Positions 12,901 to 24,900 of a stretch of DNA of 64,000 bases are shown in pieces. The stretch spans positions 10,604,088 through 10,668,087 of the forward strand of contig NC_134031.1 in assembly GCF_964204645.1 (NCBI RefSeq), written 5' to 3'. A program made the position numbers and the translations under genes. Below the pieces are notes generated by a model, which ran no database searches, was not told the origin of the DNA, and worked only from the letters and a program-made list of their open reading frames with translations. The DNA comes from Tubulanus polymorphus. Lineage: Eukaryota > Animalia > Nemertea. The stretch's first letter is position 1. Every line of letters begins with the position of its first letter.

Positions 12901-15900
12901 ACAATCAGGAATAGGCTTACCTGTTGTAGAGGTTGCAGCGACTTGTTGCGACGAAGATAACAAGTTTAAAATTTTCTCTTCAAATACATGGAAATCCTTC
13001 TGAGTCAGGAATTTTCCAGTATCCCGACGATCATGCCGACTTCGGTGACGGTCCCTCGAACAGGATCGAGACCTACTAGTAGAAGAATCGCCTTCATCGC
13101 TAACCGACGTCGACGAACGATGAGAAGACCGACGGCGATGAAAATCAGACGATGAACGTACCGGATGTTTTGAACCGGACGACGTCTGGACCGGAAAGGT
13201 GCCTGAACCGGACCGAACGAACCGGACCGATGCCTGACCCGGACCGGTACCGACCGAACCGGCGCAGGCCGTTCCCGACTACCACGGCGCGCGCTCGGTT
13301 CAGAACATGTAGTCTGAACCGGCTGAACCAGTGAACGACCAGAGACCGGTGAATGACCGGAGACCGGTGCCGGTGAACCGGCGTTCCTCCCCGGTGAACG
13401 GATTTGAGCCGATCGTACCAGAACGACCGGCGACCGCTCCGCTTTACGATTAGAAACAGGATTAGAGACGTCGGTTGGCACGTCGGCCAAAACCGACGAA
13501 TCCCTGCTATTAACTCGACGACGATCTCTTAGTTTAAGAGCCTTATCGGCCCGAAGCCAAAGGTCCTGGGACCACACCTCGCAAATCTTGCAAGGATTGC
13601 TCCTTGCACATATTTGACCGGATTTGCGCCTGCACGACGCACATGAATCGTGGTTGTCCCGGGGGCCAAACAAATGCCCGCATCCCTCCCCCGCCACGAT
13701 GTTGACCCTTAGGAGGTGGCATAATTATCCTGTCACAATAATAAATTCAATCAAATTATATTTGTAAATAAAATTCTTACAGAAAAATAGAAACCAGGGA
13801 TAACCCCCAAACCGAACGGACTCACCGTTATGAGAGTGAAAACTCCCTAATATCCTAATTCCCAGATTTTTAGGGCAAAAAAATCCAATGCGTTCTACTG
13901 CGAGAACGCCAAGAAAAAAAGATGGCGGATTTCGCCGGTGGCTAAATGCAATACCGCAGGGCCGGGTCGTATAGAAAACCATTGGCGATCAATCCAAATT
14001 TAGGAAATATTGGCAAAAACCATAGGAAAGTGTACAGTACTCGACGGAAATATACCGGTGGCTAAATGCAATACCCCAGGGCCGGGTCGTATAGAAAACC
14101 ATAGGCAATCAATCCAAAATATTGGCAAAAACCATAGGAAAGGGTACAGTACTCGACCGAAATATACCGGTACAGAAGAAATCTGCTATTAGATCGTTTT
14201 AAATCCTGGAATTTATCACTACAATATTCAGACCTCGACAGACCTTATAGTTTGCTGCTTAGTATTTTCACAGTCACAAGAAAATACAATTTATGACAAA
14301 TTCTATCGAACAGAAAACACAGCGCTCATCTTCTGCTACGATTATTCAGCCTATTTTATGTCAAACATGCACGTGTTACAGCATCACCCTTAGTAGTGCA
14401 CTTACTGTACGAGCTTGTGTGTCGTGTAGCACTCCGAGCGCACGTGGAGGGCTCGTGAATATTCGCTTACACCGGAATGTCAATCAAAACAATCACTGGG
14501 TATTAAAATGAAACAATACCCGGCGGATGTGTGAAATAATTACATCCTCACCAGCAATGAGCATTTGAAATTCACACGTATACGGCACCTAGTCCAATGA
14601 AACGTACGCCATTCTATGGCTTTCCCATAATTATTTTAGTAGCGCCGGAATTCCCCGTATATCCCAAAAATCCCATTCGCTCGAAGAGACGACGCCCCCA
14701 ATCGAGGTCATTGCAATTTTATACGCGAGAGCTAAGAATTTTCCCCGCCAAAAACAGTTTTTCGTAGAATTTTAATTCAGTTGACTATGTCATCGAGGGA
14801 GGTTCGCCATGTCTTCAATCCCATCGATTATACGTCGTTTAAGCTGAGAACCTATGAAACAAATGCTCACATAAAAAAATGTACCGCGATTTTAGATGAA
14901 TTGGCTCAATGCCAACATCATATCGCTGACAAAGGTAAACCAAAAACCATGTTTCATCCAACACCTATTATTGAAAGAAATGTTGCATTTCACTTACAAG
15001 CAGAACAAAAGCCCCATAGCCTGTAGTTTAAGTTATCAATCATAACTTTCAGACTGTCTGCTTCTCTATAAAATGCATAGGTGCCAACCCCAATATCTTT
15101 TAAAGGGATGCTTTCTCATTTGAATAAGACAAATAAGGCCTCCATGACTACATAATATTTACTAACTGTATGAAAAACTTTCAAATTGTTTTTTTAACAG
15201 TGGGGCGAATGTGACCATATGTACACATATACTGTTTTGGCTTTACACAAAACCTGCCTACAAACCTTAAAATATAAATTGCCCATGTGGAAAGTGGTTT
15301 ACCTTGAAAACTAGAGCTTGTTTGGAGCAAGAGCATTGCTTATGAAAAAGTTTTTTATTCTTGAGTTCATATTTATATCATGTATATTTCATACTCACCA
15401 TAGGAAAGGGTAAGTACTACGCAGAAATACAAATTTTAGTTCCAGAAATTGTAAAATTTCTGTCAAGTACTGTACCCTTTCCTATGGTTTTTGCTAGACT
15501 AGCCAGGCACAAGGATGGTGGGAAAGGTAGATAGAAAAACCACCGCTAAAACGCAAGGTATGAGGGAAAAAAGAGAGCACTTACCTTTCACGGAACGGAG
15601 CACTGTAGCACAGGGAAGACCGTTTGGCCACAGTGAGTCCGTCCAGCTTGAGGGCCCCCCGAATTTTGAAAAATTATTACTGGCGAACATGAGCTCAAAC
15701 TATGTACATGGATACACCTCTCGTGATCCTGATAATGCAAACATAAAAATTCTAGAGAGTCTGATCCGAAAGAACGCACAACTTGAGCCATTGCAACAGG
15801 ACCGAGCGACGCTTATGAGCCTAACCGGCCTGACACATCCTGTAAATAAAAGGACGTGAATGTCGATGGAGAATTCCAAAAGGCGGCCCGACAGACTTCT

Positions 15901-18900
15901 TCCAACAGAGCACCTGAAAAGGCTGCACAGGAAGTGGCCATAGTGAAGAAACCCATCGGGCCACTGTGTCCCGAGATATATCACCCTTCAGGTGATCCAA
16001 CAGTGAAATAAATAACCGCTCCCGTGAACCCCTTCTTGGTGCAGAGTGATCTAAATAGAAACACAACGCCCGTACAGGACAATACGTCACATCCGGAAGA
16101 CCCGGTTCAACTCGATGTTTTAGGGCTTCAATTCACCATTGACGACCGACTGAGCCTGGCCGTTGATTCTTTGCCAAAAACTCCAAAGCAGGACGCAGAG
16201 AAACAAATTCCTTTCCTGGCCCGAATAACACCTTGTCCAATTGAAAGTGCATGAATCTCAGAAAGACGAACCGAGCAAGCTAAGAACAAGAAGAATACAG
16301 TTTTTTTGAGGTTCAAATGGAGCCTCCATTAACTTCTTCAAAATTACTGACAGATACCATGGTGGAACTATCCTCGATACCCGAGGCCGGGAAACAGAAA
16401 ACCCTGCAACTAGCTGGGATATCTGATGATTTGCCGTTAAATTTTACCATCCAGAAGCATGCAATGTATGGGAAATCGCGGAACAGTAACCTTTAATTGT
16501 TATAACCTGCAGACCTTTTACTACAAATAGATGCAGAAAAAAATCTGCCAATTGAGCTACAGAGGGTGAACATAGATCAATTTCCCCTGTAGCACACCAA
16601 TCTGCAAAATGACCCCATTTGGCGTCGTAGAGGGTACTTGGCGATGGCCGCTTAGATCCTGCGATAAAGGAGGCAGCCTGTTCCGAAAAGCCTGAAGCTG
16701 ACAAGGATCGCTGGACAATGGCGAGGCTAGCAGATTTAACCACTGGCTGTTGCGACGATGCCGTAAGTTCCCCTGAGACAGAATCGATGGGAAATTCGGA
16801 AGAATCCTTGGGTTGTCGCACAGAGGGTTAAGAAGTGGTAGGAACCATTTCTGCGCCGGCCAACATGGTGCTACCAGAACTATGTTGCAATTGACTGATC
16901 TCTCCATTTGATCCAGCAAGCGCGGGAGGACTGGTGTGGGTGGGAACGCATACGTATGCATCCCCGACCAATCCAGAGAGAAGGTGTCGACCCCCCCCCC
17001 CCCCGATCGAACCGGGTGGCAAACTGATCCGCGGATTGCCGAACATGTCTCGAACCCGATTGGCTACTTCTGGTTGAGAAGCCATTCTGTCGCAATTTCC
17101 TGCTGACCTCAATGAGAAAGAGCCTCACATTCCTTGTCCCAGCTAAATCTGCCACAGTCAGGGAAACCCCCTTTGCCTGGCACCAAAGAAGAGTTTTGGC
17201 TGACAGATCCGTGAGGGTTTCTGAGTGAGTGCCCCCTTGATTCTGAAGGTAAGCCCCCACTGTTGAATTGTCCGTGGTTAACAAAACGTGATGGCCCTCT
17301 ACTCTCCTGCGAAAGAACTTCAGAGCCTTCCACACGGCCAGCATTTCCAGGAAATTTACGTGGCTGATGGCCTCATAGCGAGACCACCTCCCGGCTTCGA
17401 CTCGGTTCTCCAGATGCACCCCCCACCCTTGGTGGCTGGCATAGGTGAATACACGAACTGGAGCCTCCAACAGGGGCCCTTCAACTGAGACCAGAAGACC
17501 TTCCAATATTGTTGCAAGCACCTGCTGCTGAGGCGGCCTAAGGGCACCTCCAGACCCATGGAGCAGATGGAGCCTAGAAGCCGTGACCAGTAACGAGCTG
17601 TTCTCGGGGTTGTGGACATGCCCGCTACAGCTTCTTGAAGATTGGCTACTCGAGCCATGGACGGAAAGACTTTGCTGATTGGGAGATCGAAGTCCATGCC
17701 GAGTTAAGTGAACTGTTGGGCCGGCATCAACTGAGATTTTTCCCTGTTTACGCGGAACCCTAGCTGATGGACTAAGTCTAAGACTGAGGTCATTGCCTCC
17801 GGACATTCTTGAGCCTAGTCTGCGACTATTAACCAAAAGTTAACCAAAAGCGCTGAAGTTTGAGTTGGTCCTGTTCGAGTTAGCAGAACTTTACGCCGCT
17901 TGCGCCGGACCAGAGCGCTTTTTCAACGGAGTTCGGATGGTGGGCTTGGTCTGGACCTCCTGAATCTATCTCAGCTCAGCGGAAACAGGAGCGCACCAAC
18001 CGGAGAGGAGACGCTGAGACATCCCCAATGAAGCTCTTAGTAAAGAATTCGACACCATATTTGGAAAACGAGCTTTGGGACTGGAGTCCATAACTGACTG
18101 ACGGGAGGCTGACCCCGAACCGACAATGGAATGACATGCGAAACAGACCGAGCCAAAGATTGGATAATCCGGTCCATTCCCTCCAGTTTTAGGGCAACTG
18201 ACTCTGGGTCGGCCCCCATGGACGGCGGCGAAATTTTCACGAAGCTCATCCATCAATACCATAAGAGCCATATCCTGAAATCGAACCAAACCTGGTAAGA
18301 TCGTCCAGATCTTGTAAGATGGCCACCAAACCAAAATTAGGCAAACGAATACCCGACTGCGCTGAACCAGTATCCGGGCTGATTAAAGTATAATCAGCAT
18401 CCAGGCAGCTATGACTATGATCCACGGCACCTGGAGTTGCATAATAGGTCGAGCGAAATGCGCCTATAGGCGGATCGGTTGAACTAAAATATTTTCCAGA
18501 TTTCATACGAAAACGGTGTGAGAGTACAGCCGGCGACCGCTCAGCTATACGATTTGAAATCGAATAAGAGACGTCAGTGGGCACATCGGCCAAAACCGAT
18601 GAATCTCTACTATTAACGCGACAACGATCTTTCAGTTTCCAAGCCTTATCGGCCCGAATCCAAATGTCCTCGGACCAAACCTCGCAAGTCTTGCAAGGAT
18701 TACCTCTGTAGCAGATTTGCCCAGATTTCTGCCTACACGACGCACATGAAACCTGGTCGTCCCAGGCACAGAATAAATGTCCACATCCCTCCCCACCACA
18801 ATGCTGACCTTTAGGAGGGGGAGGCATAATTATTCGATCAATCGTTCAACGCTAATGAATTCAATTAAATCAAATCAAATTAGTTAAATTATTTCGGGAA

Positions 18901-21900
18901 AAAAGAAAAAAGCGATAGCCCCCAAACCAACGGACTCACCGTTACGAAAGTGACAACTCCCTTAACTTCCTAATCCCTATATTGTGTGTTCAACAGTACT
19001 GACTACCAATCGCCATATGTGTAAGTGAATGTTCGCTTATACTTCAATGGGCATATCAAAACAAACATCGGGCATTAAATGAAACGATACCGACGGCGGA
19101 ATAGTCAGAATATGAGAAATAATTACATTCTCACAAGCAATGAGCATTTGGAATTCGCATGTGCAGGGTACCTCGTCCAAAGAAACGTTCGCAATTTTAT
19201 GGCTGTCCCATTATTACGTTAGTAGCGCCGGAATTCCCAGAACTTTCCCCGTATATCCCAAAAACAGCCAATCACATTCACTCGTAGAGATGACGCCCCC
19301 AATCAAGGTAATTGCAATTTTATATGCAAGAGCTAAGAACTTTCCAACCAAAAACATTTTTTCGAAGAATTCTAAAGAATTTGACCATGTCATCAACGAA
19401 TCTGTCACATGTCTCCTATCGCATCAATTATACCTCGTTTAGGCCGAGAACCAATGAAACAAATGCTCACATAAAAAAGCGTACCGTGATTTTACATAAT
19501 TGGCTCAATGCCCATTATCGCTAACAAAGGTTAACCAAAAATCATTTTCAGGAATGAAATTTTACCTTTGCTTAAAACTTTGGCAAGTGATACGAGCAAA
19601 AACTCGCCAACATATTCCAACTGTACAACCAACTCACGATCTCAAGCTATTTTTGAGTTCAGTTCCTTTTAACAATATGGGTTTACAACAACTAGTTTTA
19701 AATTCAGTAACAAATCCATTTTACAAAAGCTAGTTTTGAATTTTTTCAGTAATGCCGTCATCACACACCATATTAGTTAAGTGATGAAAACAGAGGTGTT
19801 GAGAATAAGATAATAAAAAAAGAATAAGAATAATGGAATAAAATAAGACGCGGTTGATCGTTGTTTATATCTACAGTACATGAAAAGGATAGCTCCGACT
19901 ATATCCAAATCACTAGAACATGTTCATACTTAAATGAACTTGTCAATAAATAGTAGAGTCCCAAGAGGAGCCCCTATCTATAATCTTCCAATCTACTCAA
20001 GACAAGTGTATTGTGCCTGAACTAAAACAATGACTACTTATATTGAGCACGTAGGCTATTCTTTGTTGGATCGATTGAAGCAATGGACCTCCAAACGCGG
20101 AAATCCGCGGTAGATTATCATCCCTGTTAGTTACAGAATTTATAACCATCGGTTGAAAAACGCATATTGGTTACAGAATTTAAAGTATGACTATGAAAAA
20201 ATTGTTCAAATACAATATGTACCCATAGATATTAGTATATGTACAGGCCAAATATTAATATAAGACAAACGAACAACCATGATACTCACCACAAAAGGAA
20301 CCTCAGGATTATTGCACACCAAACATGGATCACTTTCCAGATAATACCCATCAAAATCAACCATTCCTTGTAATTGACTATGTGGATATAACAAAACACA
20401 CAGTACAATGATTTAAAGATTTAAAGACTTATAAGTATTTAATTATCATAATTTATGACTTACTTGTAGATATTAGCATTTGAGTGAGAAGTCATCAATT
20501 GGTTCTGGCATCGAAGCACTGCAATTGCTTTCTCCACTACTTGATGCAACTGAAAAAATATAGTATATACAGATCAGTATAAATGAAATATACAATTTCA
20601 TATATATTTGCATTATATTCAAGTTCATGAGAGTATTTTCATGGATGAATTAACAAATAATGTACCCTTTTTTCAGAGCTCTCTGTTTTCAAGGAAAAAT
20701 ATCCTAATAGATCAACAAATTGAACGGCTTTCCGACCATACATAGGCAGCTCAGGCCACATACCCCACATCAGATCAAGCAATGACTCTTGCTGAGAAGT
20801 GCTAAAATTCCTGCAATAGATTATCGAATTGTTGATGAAATTAATATCAGTTCAACATTTCATATAAACACACAGGTGCCAGTGCTTTGAAGTTGATTAT
20901 AGATAATCATAGATAAGCAATGAATTGGGGAGTAATTGAACAGATAATTTGCCTTTCCTATCTGGAAACCAAACCATTTAATTTTTTTTCAATACTGGTC
21001 TCGTCAACCCAGAGTTCATGGGTTTGAAACCTGGTTGCCAATATCAAAACATTCGAAGGAAATATATCATCCCTACTAATAATGCCCTGCGTGACACTCA
21101 GTGGGTTGACGGTAATAATAAAAAGATTCTTTATATGTGGTCAGCTGTAGGCTCAATCTATGTCTGAACTAAAAACAAACCTGTAGATTTGCAGAATAAG
21201 GCCATGGGCCTGCCACCGAACAGCTGTAGAATTCGACTCGAGAAGGAAAGTTCTAAGAAATCGAACAAGACTATCTCTACTTATACGATTAATTTGTTGT
21301 ACCAACCACAGGCACATATTCTCTTCACATGGTTTAGTGGATTCACCAGATTCTGAAAGAAACTATACTTCTGAGGATTATACATGACAATAAAATAGCA
21401 GCACACTTATTATATTAAACATAATTTGCCATTTCTAGTTTACATCTCCATGAAATTTTACGATCAAACTTGAAATATGTCAGGAGTTATAGATGGAAAC
21501 AATGGTAAGGCTGTGGCGGCGATGGCACAGAGAAACAACAATATAATCTAGAATCCCCACAGAGTTTGCCGTGGCATAAAAACGAGCATTCAGCAGCTAA
21601 ATGCCTATTCAAAAGATAAGATACTTTAAGTGTATGCAAGACAATTTTGATACTAATGAACCTAGGACTCCCTTCAGACCTGAATGCAAATGTTTACAGT
21701 AACCACCTTTGGTGACCTTAACTCTTGACCTCCAAACTAGCAAACATTGATATTTTGATAATTCAAAAAATAGAGTTGTGATAGAGTTATTGATCCAGTT
21801 TTTTTGTAAAATCGAGTGGATTAGCTGGGGGTCTATCCAAATGATTGATGGCTGTATCTAATACAAACTGAAAATACTAACTAAAATATGAGTGGGAATA

Positions 21901-24900
21901 TCAGTCAAGGTGAATGATTCAGGGGAAGAATTATATTGGGGACTATTAATAGCAGAGCATGCCATGTGGTTTTATGAGACATGCTATTGAATATAATTAC
22001 AGTAGAACTGGCATAAGTCAGACATGTTGGGACAACGGGAAAATGTCTGAGTTAGAAAAAATTCTGAAATATGAGTAAGTTGGATTCTGGGGGTTTTCTA
22101 AGAAAAATCCAAGTTAGCTACAGATTAAGATCCTGAACCCTAATGACTGAGTAACACGGGGTCAATACTCCATTCTATAGCCAACTAGTATGTAAACATG
22201 TGCTTAACATGTGTCCTTCGACAGAAAAATCAATCTACCGGTACACAATAGACGCTGCACGCTAGAACTTTCGGAACATATATTTTAGAGTTTACTTCTA
22301 GAATTTCCACTTAGAGACAGATTTCGATAGGAAAATGAATTGAAATAAAATCGGTTTAATTTGGCCGACTTTGCCAATTTTCCGGCTTGAAACTGTCCGA
22401 CTTTCGCCAGTTCTACTGCATAACATCAAAATTAGTTTCTTTTTCAAATATCAATAATAACACGCACTAAAGTTGTTGAAAAATTCCCCCTTCTTTGTTG
22501 ATGGAAGTCTGAAAATATGTCTACGGAATACAGTGAACCGGACGGCTACAATTGTGGCAGACATTTTTGAATCAACCTTTACAGCTAGCTTGGCCGAGCA
22601 TGACTGCCGAATTGAATCAGTCACCTGTCCGAGCAGATCTGCTAATTCTATCATGTACTCGGCCGAGTAAAGAACTTAACTTTTACTTAACTCGGCGAGT
22701 GGATTGTCGAATTCAATCAATCACTCGGCCGAGTAAAAAACTTTCTGATATAATGCTCGGCCGAGCAAATGCCTGAGTAACTTGTCAATGTTGGGACTCA
22801 CTAAAGTTGGCCATGTGGAAAGAGGTCAGTAAATTGGAAATGATAAGCAGTACGCATGGTCGACGCGTAAAACAGGCAATGGACGCTTAACCTGACCAAA
22901 ATTGCAACTAGGGGTCCAGGGACATCATGCCCACTTGGGAAATGGTTTCAAATGCTCAACAATCTAACAATTTCAATATTCAACGCCCCCTGGTGACCAT
23001 TTACAAAAACCAACGACCTTGAAACTCACCAAAATCATAGAACATGCCAGCAGCTACGATTTTGTAATTGATTGTGATAACAAAATATGCCTCGTTACCA
23101 ATTTAATATGGAAATACTAAGTCATTCTACTATTCAACGCCCCCTGGTGACCATATTCAAAACCCAATGACCTCGAAACTGACCACAATCATAGAACGTG
23201 TCATGAACTACAACTTTGCAATTGATCATGGTAACAAAATATGCCTAGGTACCAATTTAATAAGGAAATACTAAGTTATTCTTCTATTCAACGCCCCCTG
23301 GTGACCATATAGAAAAACTAATGTCCTTAAAACTCGCAACAAACATAGATGATGTCATGAGCTACAACTTTCCAATTGATTGTGGTTACAAAATATGCAT
23401 AGGTACGAATATAATAAAGAAATGCGAAGATATTGTATTATTCAACGCCCCCTGGTGGCCATATACGAAATCCAATTACCTTGAAACTCACCACAATCAT
23501 AGAACACGTTATGAGCTACAACTTTCTAATTGATTGTGGTAGCAAAATACGCTTAGGTATCAATATAATTTGGAAAAACTTTTTCCCACTTATGAATGAG
23601 TACTGGTGACACAAAGATGGCCGCCAATTGCGTCATAATTGGCTGATGAAAAATACCTGTCTCAGGTATAAAACATCCCTTTCCAAAGAATACCCATCAC
23701 AAATTGCAATGAGAAATGGCAAACCAGTAGGAAGCTACAGGAATCAGAATTCGGGCCAAAATTAACATTTTTGGGCACTAAAAAGGTCATAGGACGGCCA
23801 TCTTGAGTCCGATTGACCCAATTTTTGTTATGTTGATGGGCCCTGGGGGGATTCACATATATCCGAAAGATCAAGGTAATTGATCAAAGCATCTTCAAAA
23901 AATTCCCCCAAAAAGTTCAAAAATGTGTATAAGTGCTGATTTTGGCGAACAACAATGGCTGCTTGTCGGCCATCTTGATTCTGACAGGGCCAGTTTTTGG
24001 GCTGAAGATGTGTCTAGGGTAGATATATGTGTAACCCAAATATCAAGACGTTACCTTGAAGTGTCTTCAAAACTTCCCAAAATAACTGGATTCCGTCTAC
24101 GGACGGACGCTACGACGGACGAAAAGTGAACGCAATAGCCCGCTGGGACTAAAGTCCCAAGTGGGCTAAAAATACAAAGACAAGTGAAACCTATAGTGAA
24201 TGCTGATAACGCAGCCTATAAACGCTTTTATTGTGCACTGGTACAAATCAATAACAAATCGATTGTAAACCCCAAACCCTGTCGCTGTTTTCCTTACTTT
24301 TGATATCAAAATAGGGATTGGCCCTTATTCATTTGGTTGGTAAATTTCTTTTGATTTTTTTCAAACCCACCACATCTGCCAGGAACGAAACAGGGGTTTG
24401 ATTTTGAAATTGGAAATCGAAGTACAGATATAGTTGTGTGATCGGTGGTCGAATTTACAGAATTTCTTTTTAAGTCGAAGGACATAATTAGGAAATCTGG
24501 TTCCAGTACATTCAAACAATCTTCCTACAAGTAGGCCCTACACACTGGCAAGCAACTGATTGGGGTTGATATTAGTAGGATGGCTTATCTTTTTTTCATA
24601 TGATAGAAATAAATGCAATCAATCAATGGCACTATGGTATAGATATTTTTATATTAGAATATCAATAATTCTTCATTAAAAGCATTACTGAAATTTGTGC
24701 GGTAATTTACACACGGCAATTGATTGAATTAATTGAATTGAAAACATAACGCGAGTAAACACACAATTTATGATAGTTTTACGGTCTACGACAGTGTACC
24801 TCTTCATCCTGTAAACTATATCATCAGTACTGTACGTTATAAATAATTACTTACTTCGTAAAATAAATGCTAAACCGAAAATCTAACAGTCTTATGTCAA

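Larger units (their letters stand above)
8106..14165 (-). mobile_element. DIRS1-type tyrosine-recombinase retrotransposon, copy 1, full length but inactivated
   Basis: ITRs at ~8150-8268 and ~13916-14036, ICR at 8328-8424, gag, RT/RNase H/MT and overlapping YR frames; no TSD. Confidence 0.95.
7184..14946 (-). mobile_element. HINE family A, complete, containing a MITE and DIRS copy 1
   Basis: Minus strand: ttttt-GGTTTACCTT subTIR ... AAGGTAAACC subTIR, hairpin ttgcccatgggcaa, T-run; no TSD. This is the Helentron/DINE-1 terminal layout. Confidence 0.75.

Noticed and set aside
22451-22654. 67-aa minus-strand ORF as a possible extra UBR4 exon
   Set aside because: No UBR4 similarity; the flanking exons already join in phase; the ORF arises from the palindromic motif cluster.
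22981-23600. Regularly spaced repeats resembling a CRISPR array (also 45640-46240 and 59776-60370)
   Set aside because: The whole 154-bp unit repeats, there are no unique spacers, no cas genes, and the context is a eukaryotic intron.
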